DNA of 64,000 nt from an uncultured Poribacteria bacterium (GTDB lineage Bacteria; Poribacteria; WGA-4E; WGA-3G): contig OX638352.1 of NCBI GenBank assembly GCA_951813545.1, positions 4,736,835 to 4,800,834 on the forward strand, in the 5' to 3' direction. Positions 1 to 10,451 of this stretch are shown here, one piece after another. A program made the translations under genes and the position numbers. The notes under the pieces were generated by a model. That model saw only the letters and a program-made list of their open reading frames with translations, was not told the origin of the DNA and searched no databases. Position 1 is the first letter of the stretch; every line of letters starts with the position of its first letter.

Positions 1-101
1 CCACCGGTGTTTCATAATTGTAATTGTAATACATTTTTAACACCTTGTCAAGAAAATAGACGAGATTTCCAACCGCACCGAGAACTGGAAGATTCTCCTC
101 C

Positions 102-836
102 TCAATACTGCCAATCTTCATGTGCCAAGGGGGCGCGATTGAGTTCATCGCGATAGGCGCGCCATTGTGGTAGAAACCCGTCCATCAGTGCATGAAACCG
201 ATCGTTATGCCTACGCTCCAGGAGATGCACCATCTCATGCACCAAGATATACACCAGACATAATTCCGGCTTCTTTGCGAGTTCGAGATTGAGCCAGATA
301 CGTTTTGCTTCAATATTGCAAGACCCCCAGAGCGTTTTCATCTTCTTAATCCGTACTTCATTGACCGATACGCCTATTTTCGCCTCCCATTTCTCAAGGA
401 GCGGTGGTAGCTGCGCCCGGAGATGCTGGCGATACCAGCGATGCATCACCGCCTCCCGTGTGTCCCGATCGGAGCTGGGACGGACACTGAGCGCGATCTT
501 TGTGTTGTTGGGTAGCCAGACCTTCGGTGGAACGTCGCGTTCTATGACATCGAGTCGGTAGCGTCGTCCTGAAAGATAGTGGCTCTCGCCTGTTACGAAC
601 TCACGTTGCGATTGCCGATCCTGCTTTGTGAAGTTTGCCTGTTGCCGTTGGATCCAGCCGAGCCGTGAAATGACTGCCATCCGAACGGCGGTGTCGTCAA
701 ATGCTAAAGGTGCTGCTACCCGTACCCGACCGCTCGGTGGATAGACCCCGATGTGTAGGTTCTTGATGTCCTTGCGGATGACCTCTACGGTGATCCCGCG
801 GATGTTGATGTGGGACCTGTCGGTTTTAGTAGTCAT
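102..836 (-). CDS. M48-family / YgjP-like (DUF45) zinc metallopeptidase, commonly linked to type I R-M operons
   Basis: 244-aa ORF with an HExxH motif (VHEMVHL). It overlaps the hsdR stop codon on the same strand. Confidence 0.65.
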   Translation of the reverse strand: MTTKTDRSHINIRGITVEVIRKDIKNLHIGVYPPSGRVRVAAPLAFDDTAVRMAVISRLGWIQRQQANFTKQDRQSQREFVTGESHYLSGRRYRLDVIERDVPPKVWLPNNTKIALSVRPSSDRDTREAVMHRWYRQHLRAQLPPLLEKWEAKIGVSVNEVRIKKMKTLWGSCNIEAKRIWLNLELAKKPELCLVYILVHEMVHLLERRHNDRFHALMDGFLPQWRAYRDELNRAPLAHEDWQY

Positions 837-3800
837 TCTGATTCATCACAAGCTGAAAGATGGCATTGATGTTAAGGTCATCGTAATCACTGAATTCTTC
901 ATCAATCAACCTCGCAATGGCATTACGGACCTCGCGTCGCCTGAACCTGTTGTTTCTCCAGTCGGCTCTTCTCGTTCTGCGGACGGTGTCATCAATTGCA
1001 CGTGCTACCGTCTCTCTACTATCTTCGGGGAGTGTGTCTAAGTTGTCGAAGAGTGCGCGTAATGCGTCTGTATTGATATTGGAGGGGTACCGCTCTTGGT
1101 TTTCTGGCTCGGTGAGCTGCCAGCTGAGTCCTTCGATTTCGGAGAGGTATGCGCGATAATCCAGTCTCTCGTCTCGTCGTCTGCGGATAATGTCATCCAA
1201 CAGACGTGAGATGTGTTCGTAATACCTCGGATTGACCTCAGACCTGTCGACGATGAGCCTACGGATATTGTTTTCTATAGTTGCGGCTGTCGCTGCTTCA
1301 TTGCTGCGAATGCCTTCAGGGAGCAGATCCATCGCTTCAGGACCGTTTTCAACGATCAGTTGGATTAAGGGCGTATCGCCGAGTGTTGAGAGGGTTTCGC
1401 TCTCCTCAGCGCGGATGTATGTATCGATGAGATGCCGCATATCGGGTTCGTATGCCTTCAGGTCGACGTAATCGCCGCTGGCGAGTTTGATCTCTTGGCT
1501 GACGTTTTGGTAGTGCCTGACCTCTTCTTTGATTTCCTGTGCCTCGGCATCGCTATAACCTGCTTCGTTCATTTCGTTGGCGAGGTTGGCGTAAGCCCGC
1601 ACGAATGCGGCTGTGAATTTGTAGAGATTGACGCGTTTCTGCTCGCTGGCTTTGAGTTGTTCGAGATTCCCGTCTTCTCGCGCACAGAAGAAACGGATGT
1701 AAGCGGCGGAATCGCGCGGTGGCTCAACGGGTTCGCACAACGCTTTAACCTTCTCGCGTGTCTCCTCTAAGCGTTCTCTCCCTTTTTCGAGTCTATCCTT
1801 CAACAATCCTTGGACATCCTCGGCATCGAAGTTTTCAAAGGCTTCACCCGTATAGTCGGTAATCGCTTGCTCCAGGGACCGGAAGAGATCTTGATAATCG
1901 ACGATGTAGCCAAATTCCTTGTCCTCCGTGTCGAGGCGATTGACGCGGCAGATGGCTTGGAAAAGCCCGTGATCTTGCATGTGCTTGTCGATGTAGAGAT
2001 AGGTCGCCGGTGGCGCGTCGAAACCCGTGAGGAGCTTATCGACGACAATGAGGAGCTTCATTTCCGCTGGCTGGTTAATAAATTTGTCCTTGGCTTCCCT
2101 CTCAAACTGATCGACTCTATAAATCGCTGTGTTTTCAGGTTCGTCGAAGTAGTCGCCGAGCATCTGGCGGTAGACGTTATATTCTGTTTGTCTGTCGGTG
2201 AGTCCTTCCCCGGTTTCCTCTCTTGCGATGGATTCTGTAGTGGGTCTATAGGAGGTGATGATGGCGCATTTGCCTTTGAGGGGTGTTTCCTGAAAGAGTT
2301 GATAATACCGGCAGGCGGAAAAGATGCTATCGGCGACGAGCATGGCGTTGCCGTTTCCGCTTTTAAGTCTGTCGCGGTTCTCCATGTCAAGGACAATATC
2401 GGCGACGATTTTATCCAAGCGTTCGCGTGAGCTGAGCACATTCTGCATCGTGCTCCACCGCTGTCGGAGCTGTGCTCTTGCGGTGTCGGTGAGTCCCCTG
2501 GTCCTGCTCTCGAACCAGTCGTCGACCTGTTCCTGAGAGGCGAGATCTTGGTTAACGTCGCGTGCCTCGTAACGGAGGTCTAACACGACATCGTCTTCAA
2601 CGGCTTCGTTATACTTGTAGGTGTGGATGTAGGGACCGAAGGTTTCGATGCTGCGTTGCTTGTCGCCTTTCAACAACGGTGTACCTGTGAAACCGATCAG
2701 CATGGCATCAGGGATCAGTTTCTTCATCGCTCTGTGGAGTTTGCCGGATTGGGTGCGGTGGCATTCGTCGACAAAGACGAAAAAATCTCCCCTCGCTTGG
2801 AAGCCGTCGGGTAGATGTTGCTGGATGTCGTCAACGTAGTCGTCATAGCCGTCAATATCGGCATCTTCGTCTGTTATCTCACCTGATCTGCCGAATTTGT
2901 GGACGAGTGAACAGATTAATCGCTCGGCGGTATTCGTGAGGACTTGCAGGAGATGCGCGCCGCTCTGTGTGCGCGTGATGTTTTCGTTGGCACCACTGAA
3001 AACCCCCTCAATTTGTTCGTCGAGTTCGGTGCGGTCAGTGATGATGAGCACGCGTGCACGCGGGTTGGTTTCGAGGATCGATTTTGCGAGCCAGACCATC
3101 GTGAGACTTTTCCCACTGCCCTGGGTGTGCCAGATGATGCCGCCTTCCCTGCGGTCTACGCGTTCTTGCGCTGCTTTCACACCGAAGAATTGGTTGTGTC
3201 GGCAGATTTTCTTGACGTGTCCGTCGAAGACGATGAAGTTGTGTAAGAGATCGAGCATCCGCGCCTTATCGCAGACTTGACTGAGTTCTCGGAGCAGGAA
3301 GCTATCGCCTGCATCGGGGTGGGCATTCGCTTCTTTCCAGCGCAACCAGTGTTTCTCTGGCGTTTTGATGACGCCGTAGTGTAGTCCTTGGCTTTCGCTG
3401 CCCGCCATGACGAGTTGCACGGTGGCGAAAAACCATTCGATGAAGTCTTTGTCTTGGTTGGTAAGGTTCTGGCGGATGCCTGTGGAAACGGAGGTCGTGG
3501 AACGTTTTAGTTCAAGGACGCCGACGGCGATTCCGTTGATGTAGAGGACTAAATCGGGGCGTTTGTTGCCGTACTCGCCTTCGAGGGTCACCTCTTCGGC
3601 GATACTAAAATCGTTATTTTCCGGATTTTTCCAGTCGATCAACTTGACGGTGACCCGGTGTTCACCGGTGCTCGGTTGGACGTTGACACCGTAGCGTAGG
3701 AGTCTGTAGACCTCTCGGTTTGCGTCAATGAGGGTCTTGGTGCCACCGATTGCGGCGGCTTTTTGGAGTGCCTCCACTGCCTTTCTGATGACCTGATCGT

Positions 3801-4158
3801 CGCGCTCTCTGACCCGCAACCAATCGGCAAGCATACGGGTTTCAATGTTGCTATTTCCTTCTCGATCTTGCCAGCGTCCGAGGTAGAGATAGCCGAGTGT
3901 CTCACGGAAGAAGTTGATGACGCGTGCTTGTGTTTGTTTTTCTCTTTCGCCTACGGTGTTCATAGTAGATTTTACAATTAACATTACATCACTGCCCCTG
4001 ATAAGAGGGTAATCTTTGTACCGCAAACTTTCCAGTTCGCGCTCTAAGCCGGTCAATGTTTCTTTATGCCCTCCTGATAAGGGGGTTGGGGGGTTATCCT
4101 GATTCTGACAGAAAACGCGACACACACCAAACACCCTAATCCGCGTCATCAGCGTCAA
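826..4158 (-). CDS. hsdR: Type I restriction enzyme R subunit (HsdR)
   Basis: 1110 aa. Helicase motif I (TQGSGKSLTMV) and DEAD/H-box motif II (VDECHRTQSG). It sits in an operon with hsdS and hsdM. Confidence 0.9.
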   Translation of the reverse strand: MTLMTRIRVFGVCRVFCQNQDNPPTPLSGGHKETLTGLERELESLRYKDYPLIRGSDVMLIVKSTMNTVGEREKQTQARVINFFRETLGYLYLGRWQDREGNSNIETRMLADWLRVRERDDQVIRKAVEALQKAAAIGGTKTLIDANREVYRLLRYGVNVQPSTGEHRVTVKLIDWKNPENNDFSIAEEVTLEGEYGNKRPDLVLYINGIAVGVLELKRSTTSVSTGIRQNLTNQDKDFIEWFFATVQLVMAGSESQGLHYGVIKTPEKHWLRWKEANAHPDAGDSFLLRELSQVCDKARMLDLLHNFIVFDGHVKKICRHNQFFGVKAAQERVDRREGGIIWHTQGSGKSLTMVWLAKSILETNPRARVLIITDRTELDEQIEGVFSGANENITRTQSGAHLLQVLTNTAERLICSLVHKFGRSGEITDEDADIDGYDDYVDDIQQHLPDGFQARGDFFVFVDECHRTQSGKLHRAMKKLIPDAMLIGFTGTPLLKGDKQRSIETFGPYIHTYKYNEAVEDDVVLDLRYEARDVNQDLASQEQVDDWFESRTRGLTDTARAQLRQRWSTMQNVLSSRERLDKIVADIVLDMENRDRLKSGNGNAMLVADSIFSACRYYQLFQETPLKGKCAIITSYRPTTESIAREETGEGLTDRQTEYNVYRQMLGDYFDEPENTAIYRVDQFEREAKDKFINQPAEMKLLIVVDKLLTGFDAPPATYLYIDKHMQDHGLFQAICRVNRLDTEDKEFGYIVDYQDLFRSLEQAITDYTGEAFENFDAEDVQGLLKDRLEKGRERLEETREKVKALCEPVEPPRDSAAYIRFFCAREDGNLEQLKASEQKRVNLYKFTAAFVRAYANLANEMNEAGYSDAEAQEIKEEVRHYQNVSQEIKLASGDYVDLKAYEPDMRHLIDTYIRAEESETLSTLGDTPLIQLIVENGPEAMDLLPEGIRSNEAATAATIENNIRRLIVDRSEVNPRYYEHISRLLDDIIRRRRDERLDYRAYLSEIEGLSWQLTEPENQERYPSNINTDALRALFDNLDTLPEDSRETVARAIDDTVRRTRRADWRNNRFRRREVRNAIARLIDEEFSDYDDLNINAIFQLVMNQNDY

Positions 4159-5374
4159 TCCGCGACTCAGACAACCGCACCCGCCCCGTGAGGAGCTGCT
4201 GCATCATTCCCTGTTTGATGGAAATGGTTTTGTCCCGACGCTGCTCCAACGCCGCAATCTCGGCATCCATATCGGAAAGAATGCGAACGATAGCGTTCTG
4301 TTCTTTGACGCTCGGCATAAGGAAAGTAAAGTTTGCCATGTCCCGTCCATATAAGTGATAGACAGTTGTTCCTGATACAAGTTGCATCACCTGACTATGA
4401 TTTATCTTGATTACGTATGCGAGGAATGTTCCATTGAGGACATCAGCTGGAACGCGAATCACTAAGATATCGCCTCCAAGGATGACATTGGACATTGATA
4501 TACAACTTGCTGTTGCAAGACCATTAGGAGTTACATCCGATCCTGGCATCAGGACATCATTGGAGAGAGAAAGAAAAAACGTTCCTTCTCGATCAGTTCC
4601 ATGTAGAACTTTGGTGATACATTCGTCATAAGTTGTGAATAATTCTCCATAGTGGATACATCGCCTTTTCCCGTCAGGTGATAGGTCCGCTTTCGATAGA
4701 CCTGAGCCTTTAAAAAAAGATGAAATCTCGCCCAATCGCTTCACCTCCCACGCCCCGCTGAACCTAGGCAGGCGCGTCTGACCCGTCAGCAGTTGCTGCA
4801 TGGTGGCTTGCTTGATTGCCTGCTTCTTAGCGATGAGTGCGTCCAAGGCGTTGAGCAACCCATCCACATCCGACAATGCCTCGGCGATGGCGTGTTGTTC
4901 TGAAAGAGGAGGAAGAGGAATCTCAATATTCAGTAGGGTTCCCTTTGTAATTTCCTTAAATGTACTACCACTTGCAAGATCATTTAACTTCTCTTTTATA
5001 TATCTCAAATAGTAGGCGAGAAAGACATTTAATAGCGTCTCATGGCAAATAAAGTTAGCAAACCCTTGATTTGTCGCTATTGGAACGGTAGCGATTGCAG
5101 TTTCGCCAATTGTTGCTCGGCTAGTTAATAAAACTGTTCCCGCTGGTAGTAGTTTTGCAGCACTTTTACCTAATGCTTCTTCTGAAATATGTGTTGCTGT
5201 GTCATCAATGTACAAGGCGGAATCCAAAGCGGTAATGTCAGAAGGGATTGCCCAAGGAATATTGCCTCGAAAATATTTCACCACATCACGCTTTGGTGTT
5301 CCGCCTTTGGCAATCTCTGTTACCTCTCCTAATCTTACTACTTTCCAATGATCCTGTTTTGATTTTGCGCTCAT
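4136..5374 (-). CDS. hsdS: Type I restriction-modification specificity subunit (HsdS)
   Basis: 412 aa with two target-recognition-domain-like halves separated by conserved helical repeats (LLTGQTRLP / LLTGRVRL). It lies between hsdM and hsdR. Confidence 0.8.
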   Translation of the reverse strand: MSAKSKQDHWKVVRLGEVTEIAKGGTPKRDVVKYFRGNIPWAIPSDITALDSALYIDDTATHISEEALGKSAAKLLPAGTVLLTSRATIGETAIATVPIATNQGFANFICHETLLNVFLAYYLRYIKEKLNDLASGSTFKEITKGTLLNIEIPLPPLSEQHAIAEALSDVDGLLNALDALIAKKQAIKQATMQQLLTGQTRLPRFSGAWEVKRLGEISSFFKGSGLSKADLSPDGKRRCIHYGELFTTYDECITKVLHGTDREGTFFLSLSNDVLMPGSDVTPNGLATASCISMSNVILGGDILVIRVPADVLNGTFLAYVIKINHSQVMQLVSGTTVYHLYGRDMANFTFLMPSVKEQNAIVRILSDMDAEIAALEQRRDKTISIKQGMMQQLLTGRVRLSESRIDADDAD

Positions 5375-5429
5375 TAGAGTTCTTCTCCATTGGACTTTAT
5401 GGAAATATGAAAGCGGTAAATTCTTACAC

Positions 5430-7877
5430 TTAGATAGCCCCTATCTTTCTTATATGTTCCAGAACTTTCATGCTATATCCATCCACCTCACGCGACAACG
5501 CTGGCAATGGACTCGCGTAACGCTCCTCTAGTTCTTGGACACGCCCCGTCAGTTCCTGCGTCCCGCGTTGGACTTCACCCTCAATTGCCGATCCGATACT
5601 GGCGAGCCACTTATTCCCAACCACAAGTGTCTTGACTTCGTCCTCAGTAAGCGTCGCATAGCGAGCCAACACCTGTGTATCCAACGCGAGTTGGGCATCT
5701 TTGACTGCCTTGTCCGCTTTCGACTTCATCTCAAGCAGGGATAGGCAGTGTTCAAGGGCATCCTGTTCATCGTCGTTGTCTTGTGTCTCATGTAGCGTTG
5801 TGAGTGCCTTGAGTCGTGCTTTCACACTGCTGGCGGTAATGTTGCCGCTGTCGTTGGTAGCATCGGCGAGCAATCCGTTCTCGCTGGCGTGTTCCTCGAT
5901 GTATTCCTCTAAGGTTTGCACGGCAACTGCCTGTTTCGCTTGCAAGGCTTCAATCGCACCCTGCGCATCTACGAAATAGCGCGCGACGATCAACACCGGT
6001 GGAATCAGATCCATCTTGTATTTGCTTTTTTTGATAACGAGGTCGGGTGTCTCCTTCATCTGCCTATCCTGGATAACCTCACGCGGTTTTGCGGCTTCCA
6101 CCCATCCATCCGTGCCGATGAGATAAACATCGTCCTGCATGACCTCGTCCCAGTAGTCCATGAGTTTCTGATAGACATCATACCGATCAAGTAGAAGCAG
6201 ATCTCTGAAACGGGTGAGGAGGTCTTCCGATAACGTCTCAACGATGTTTCTGGGAACCGTGCCGACATCAATACCGAGCAAGCGTGGTTCGTGTGCCTCG
6301 CGCCATTCGGTAAAGACGGCATCGACGTGATGCTGGTAAACCTTGAATTCGGGATGCGTGAGGATCGTCGTTTTGACATGCTGTGTCTCCACGAGCGGAT
6401 CGCTGTATCCCGGTCTACCGTTGGCTGTGAACAGAGCGTTACGGAGTGTCGGGAAGACCGTCCAATATTTGTCAAGTGCGTCGATATCGGTGTCAGGGAT
6501 GCCTCCGTTGAGGTGTGCGCCGAGGTCGTGGAGATCTTCGGGTTCGCTCGCATCGATATAGCGCGGGATATTGAGATTATAGTCGTTGGCAGGATCGTCA
6601 ATCTCAGAGATGGGTACCATGCGCGAGTAGCACTGCAGTTCTGCGTGCGCATTGAAAACCGATACAATTTTGTGAATATCTTGGGCGCGGAGACGGTTTT
6701 TGTTGCCATCCTTGAGGAACCCTTTGCTGGCGTCTATCATGAAGATACCACTGCGGATGTGAGCGTTCTCTTTGTCAATCACGATAATACAGGCAGGGAT
6801 ACCCGTGCCGTAGAAGAGATTTGCAGGTAGACCGATGATGCCCTTGATATAACGGCGACGGATCAGTTCCCTGCGGATGTCTGCCTCTTTGTTGCCACGG
6901 AAGAGCACACCGTGTGGCAGAATGATCGCGCCTTTGCCTCTGCTTTTCAGGGACGCAACGAAGTGGAGTAAGAAGGCGTAATCGCCATTTTTCGCTGGCG
7001 GGGTACCGTATTCAAAGCGGTCGTAGGTGTCGTTACCGGGATCAGAGTCGAATCCGTTGGTCCAGGCTTTATCGGAGAATGGCGGGTTGGCGACAGCGAA
7101 ATCGAAGGTTTGGAGCCTGTCATCGTCCGTGAAAGCGGGTGCGACAAGCGTGTTACCGTGCTTTATGTCCGCACCGGCGTTGTCATGGAGGATCATGTTC
7201 ATGGACGCCAGGGCGAAGGTGGCATTGTCCTTTTCCTGTCCGTAAATACTCAACCCGTCCGGTGCTTCGTCGTCGGTTCGCAGTAGGAGTGAACCCGAAC
7301 CGCACGTCGGGTCATAGATCGTTTTATCCCGCCGGGTATCGGGACCGATACCGATCACTTTCGCCATGACGCGCGAGACTTCCGCGGGCGTGTAAAATTG
7401 TCCTTTGCTTTTGCCGGATTCAGTGGCGAAGTGGCGCATGAGGTATTCGTAAGCGTCACCTAAGAGGTCGTCGCCTTCCACTCGGTTGGCTCGGAAATCG
7501 AGGCTCTCAAAGATGGCGACCAGTTTCGAGAGCCGATCCTGCATTTCTTTGCCTCTGCCGAGTTTGCTGTCGTCGTTGAAATCAGCCTGATCGATGATGC
7601 CTTTGAGATCATTATTTTCTTCCGCGAGTCTCCCGATGATCTTGTTGATTTTGTCGCCGATCTCCTTGTCGCCGAGGCATGCAACCATATCCGCGAATCC
7701 GCCGCCTTCCGGAACAACGATTTCTGTGTAGTGATTATTGTCGGCTTTGTCGGAGACGTATTTCATGAAAAGGAGCGTTAGGATGTAGTCTTTGTATTGC
7801 GAGGCATCCATCCCGCCGCGGAGTTCGTCGCAGCTTTGCCACAGCGAAGCGTAAAGTTGCGATTTCTTTATTGCCAT
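5430..7877 (-). CDS. hsdM: Type I R-M N6-adenine DNA methyltransferase (HsdM), long form with a ~300-aa C-terminal extension
   Basis: N-terminal HsdM_N-like region, a GSGS SAM-binding motif and an NPPF catalytic motif (VANPPFSDKAW). At 815 aa it is longer than the ~500-aa canonical form. Confidence 0.88.
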   Translation of the reverse strand: MAIKKSQLYASLWQSCDELRGGMDASQYKDYILTLLFMKYVSDKADNNHYTEIVVPEGGGFADMVACLGDKEIGDKINKIIGRLAEENNDLKGIIDQADFNDDSKLGRGKEMQDRLSKLVAIFESLDFRANRVEGDDLLGDAYEYLMRHFATESGKSKGQFYTPAEVSRVMAKVIGIGPDTRRDKTIYDPTCGSGSLLLRTDDEAPDGLSIYGQEKDNATFALASMNMILHDNAGADIKHGNTLVAPAFTDDDRLQTFDFAVANPPFSDKAWTNGFDSDPGNDTYDRFEYGTPPAKNGDYAFLLHFVASLKSRGKGAIILPHGVLFRGNKEADIRRELIRRRYIKGIIGLPANLFYGTGIPACIIVIDKENAHIRSGIFMIDASKGFLKDGNKNRLRAQDIHKIVSVFNAHAELQCYSRMVPISEIDDPANDYNLNIPRYIDASEPEDLHDLGAHLNGGIPDTDIDALDKYWTVFPTLRNALFTANGRPGYSDPLVETQHVKTTILTHPEFKVYQHHVDAVFTEWREAHEPRLLGIDVGTVPRNIVETLSEDLLTRFRDLLLLDRYDVYQKLMDYWDEVMQDDVYLIGTDGWVEAAKPREVIQDRQMKETPDLVIKKSKYKMDLIPPVLIVARYFVDAQGAIEALQAKQAVAVQTLEEYIEEHASENGLLADATNDSGNITASSVKARLKALTTLHETQDNDDEQDALEHCLSLLEMKSKADKAVKDAQLALDTQVLARYATLTEDEVKTLVVGNKWLASIGSAIEGEVQRGTQELTGRVQELEERYASPLPALSREVDGYSMKVLEHIRKIGAI

Positions 7878-8107
7878 ACCTGAATCCTTTCTTGTGATAT
7901 TGACAGCAATATACCAAAGGCGGCCGATTAAGTCAACAGGTTCCTGCTTTATACCGGAGCCGTTCAGTTTTTAGTTTTTTGTCGGTTATACGGGGAACTA
8001 AGTTGAAATCGGAGTGTTTTGCTTGGGTGTTTCTGCGGATTTCCGCCCCTCTTACAGAACGCGGAGGGCGAGGTTCCAAACCTCGTCAGCGGCAAGCAAG
8101 TGCCGAG

Positions 8108-8144
8108 ATGAGAAAGAAATAGGGCGGGCACGGAACCCGCCCCT
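8108..8144 (-). terminator. Rho-independent terminator downstream of the KamA-like gene
   Basis: GC hairpin AGGGCGGGCACGGAACCCGCCCCT (8121..8144), followed on the minus strand by the T-rich tract ATTTCTTTCT. Confidence 0.5.
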
Positions 8145-8169
8145 ACAATAGATATAGATTTTCCTGAAT

Positions 8170-9225
8170 CTACCAATCCTCATCAAAGAACGGTGTGCTT
8201 GGGTAACTGTAGACGTTGCCCTCGTAATTGCGGAGTTGAATTTCATCATCGTCGAAGGTGACAACTGGATCGGGGATCAGTGCGATTTTTCCACCACCAC
8301 CGGGAGCATCGACGACATAATGCGGCACACCAAGCCCAGATATGTGTCCACGCAACGCTTCGACAATGTCTAATCCCGTCTTTACTGCTGTTCGGAAATG
8401 GTCGGTTCCTACGACGAGATCTGCTTGATAGATGTAGTAGGGCTTAACCCGGATTCGTAACAACCCTTTCATTAGTTCCACCATTACAGCGGGATCGTCG
8501 TTCACACCTTTCAGGAGGACGGTCTGATTACCGAGCGGTATGCCTGCATCGGCTAACATGCCACATGCCTTTTCAGTCTCAGGTGTGATTTCGCGTGGAT
8601 GGTTGAAGTGGGTGTTGATGTAAAAAGGGTGGTTCCGTTTCAAAATTGCACACAACTCTGGGGTAATGCGTTGGGGCAACGTTACTGGGACGCGTGAACC
8701 GATTCGGATGATTTCTAAATGTTCAATTGCCCGTAATCCGCCGACAATCATCTCGATTTTTTTATCCGTTAGCATGAGCGGATCGCCACCTGAGATAATG
8801 ACATCACGGATCTCTGAATGTGCTTGGATGTAGGCAAGCCCTCTCTCAATGTTATTTTCAGAGATCGAATGCGGGTCGCCAACTTTCCGTTTGCGGGTAC
8901 AGAAGCGACAATAGATTGGGCACATATAGTTGACATAAAAGAGTGCCCGATCTGGGTATCGGTGCGTAACGTTTGGTACTTCGCTATCGTCTTCTTCGTG
9001 GAGTGGGTCCTCTACACCGGTGCTAATCAACTCTTTTGGGTCGGGAACGACCTGTTTCCAAATCGCGTCGCCCGGTTTTTCTATGAGACTAAGATAATAC
9101 GGGTTGATGCGGATCGGAAATTCTTTATGAATGCGCCGCATCTCTTCTAAGTCAACATCAAATGCAGCGGCAAGTTTTTCTGGCGTGTTGACAGTATCTC
9201 TAACAAGACGTTTCCATTCTTCCAT
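8170..9225 (-). CDS. KamA-family radical SAM protein (lysine 2,3-aminomutase / EpmB-like)
   Basis: 351 aa. CxxxCxxC cluster CPIYCRFCTRKRKVG, typical of the KamA family. Confidence 0.75.
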   Translation of the reverse strand: MEEWKRLVRDTVNTPEKLAAAFDVDLEEMRRIHKEFPIRINPYYLSLIEKPGDAIWKQVVPDPKELISTGVEDPLHEEDDSEVPNVTHRYPDRALFYVNYMCPIYCRFCTRKRKVGDPHSISENNIERGLAYIQAHSEIRDVIISGGDPLMLTDKKIEMIVGGLRAIEHLEIIRIGSRVPVTLPQRITPELCAILKRNHPFYINTHFNHPREITPETEKACGMLADAGIPLGNQTVLLKGVNDDPAVMVELMKGLLRIRVKPYYIYQADLVVGTDHFRTAVKTGLDIVEALRGHISGLGVPHYVVDAPGGGGKIALIPDPVVTFDDDEIQLRNYEGNVYSYPSTPFFDEDW

Positions 9226-9318
9226 CGATTATGTCCATCCTTTCCAAATTTCCGCTGTTATGCTTGTTGCTCCGTAGGCGCGGTGCAACGTGAGAAACTC
9301 GTGAGCACTGCTTTGTTT

Positions 9319-9435
9319 TATAGTAAAGCCCATAATTATCTATCCATCAACCAAAGGGCGAGGATACAATCCTCGCCAGCGGTGGTGAGGGTTTTTTGTT
9401 TCCCAAATGTTAACTTATTTTCAGACTTTACTATA
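9319..9435. mobile_element. MITE-like ~117-bp element, copy A
   Basis: 11-bp terminal inverted repeats (TATAGTAAAG ... CTTTACTATA). Internal perfect 9-bp GC hairpin GGCGAGGAT-ACA-ATCCTCGCC followed by a T-run. It is near-identical to the copy at 44346..44463. Confidence 0.45.
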
Positions 9436-9466
9436 AGACTGTGGTGCGCGGAATTGATGAGATGTG

Positions 9467-10000
9467 CTACGGTGCTTCCGTGTAGTTCTCAATTGTTACC
9501 TTGTTCATTACATCACGTTCGCGTAGGGCATCTACTACATCCATTCCTTCAATAACCTTTCCGAATGTGGTATAGCTGCCGTTAAGATGTGCGTAAGGGC
9601 TTGGATCTGAACTGATACAGATATAAAACTGGCTTCCAGCGGAGTCAGGGTTCTGTGTCCGTGCCATAGCGACGACACCTTTTTCATGAGCTGGCATCTT
9701 TTCACGAAGGTCGGGGTCTTGGAATTCTCCCGGAATTGTCCATCCCGGTCCGCCTCTACCTGTCCCTTGTGGGTCGCCCCCTTGAATAACAAAACCGGGG
9801 ACATGCCGGTGAAAAATCACGCCATCATAATATCCGGTTTGGATCAACTGCGCGAAGTTTGCCACTGTGGCTGGAGCGGCTTCCGGATAAAGTTCAATAA
9901 TAATGTTTCCTTTTTCGGTTTCAATCGTTACATTGGGTAATTGATCAGTATTGCATGAGACAATCGCCGCGAAACACGCGCCTAATAAGCTAAATCGCAT
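9467..10000 (-). CDS. Peptidyl-prolyl cis-trans isomerase, cyclophilin type (PpiB-like), lipoprotein/secreted
   Basis: 177 aa. N-terminal signal with Cys (LLGACFAAIVSC). Cyclophilin motifs HRHVPGFVIQGGDP and FGKVIEGMDVV. Confidence 0.85.
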   Translation of the reverse strand: MRFSLLGACFAAIVSCNTDQLPNVTIETEKGNIIIELYPEAAPATVANFAQLIQTGYYDGVIFHRHVPGFVIQGGDPQGTGRGGPGWTIPGEFQDPDLREKMPAHEKGVVAMARTQNPDSAGSQFYICISSDPSPYAHLNGSYTTFGKVIEGMDVVDALRERDVMNKVTIENYTEAP

Positions 10001-10451
10001 AGATTTTGGTGTGAAAATTTGTGAATCTTCACGAATTCCTTTTTGGGTTTATCTTAATGTCACAAGGTTTACGCGAAATTAATTTTGTTCAGTAAATTCT
10101 CAACGTCAGCCTTATGTGGATTATATCAGAAATCTTCGAGGAGCGTCCTCATTCATACATAAATTCAGAAATGACGCTCTTAGCCAAGGCAAAAAGTTGA
10201 TATACATTATACACTTATTTGTGCGTGAAGTCAAGCAAAATTTTGAAGGCACTCTGTTTTCAGGTTTCTGTAAACCTCGCGTTTTTTGAAGAAAAGTAAA
10301 GCGATTAGCAATAATCATAACGAATTGAGTTGACATTATAAAATTCATTATATTGCCCAGGGAACCTGTATTCCAAAACAGGGTGTTTCTGACTCCGGGA
10401 GAATTCGCCTTGACGCTGCAAGTTTGGACATGGTACCCTATTAATTAGGAG

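Noticed and set aside
6056-6830. 217-aa (minus) and 179-aa (plus) ORFs inside hsdM
   Set aside because: They lie inside or antisense to the hsdM coding region and have no motifs. They are out-of-frame shadows.
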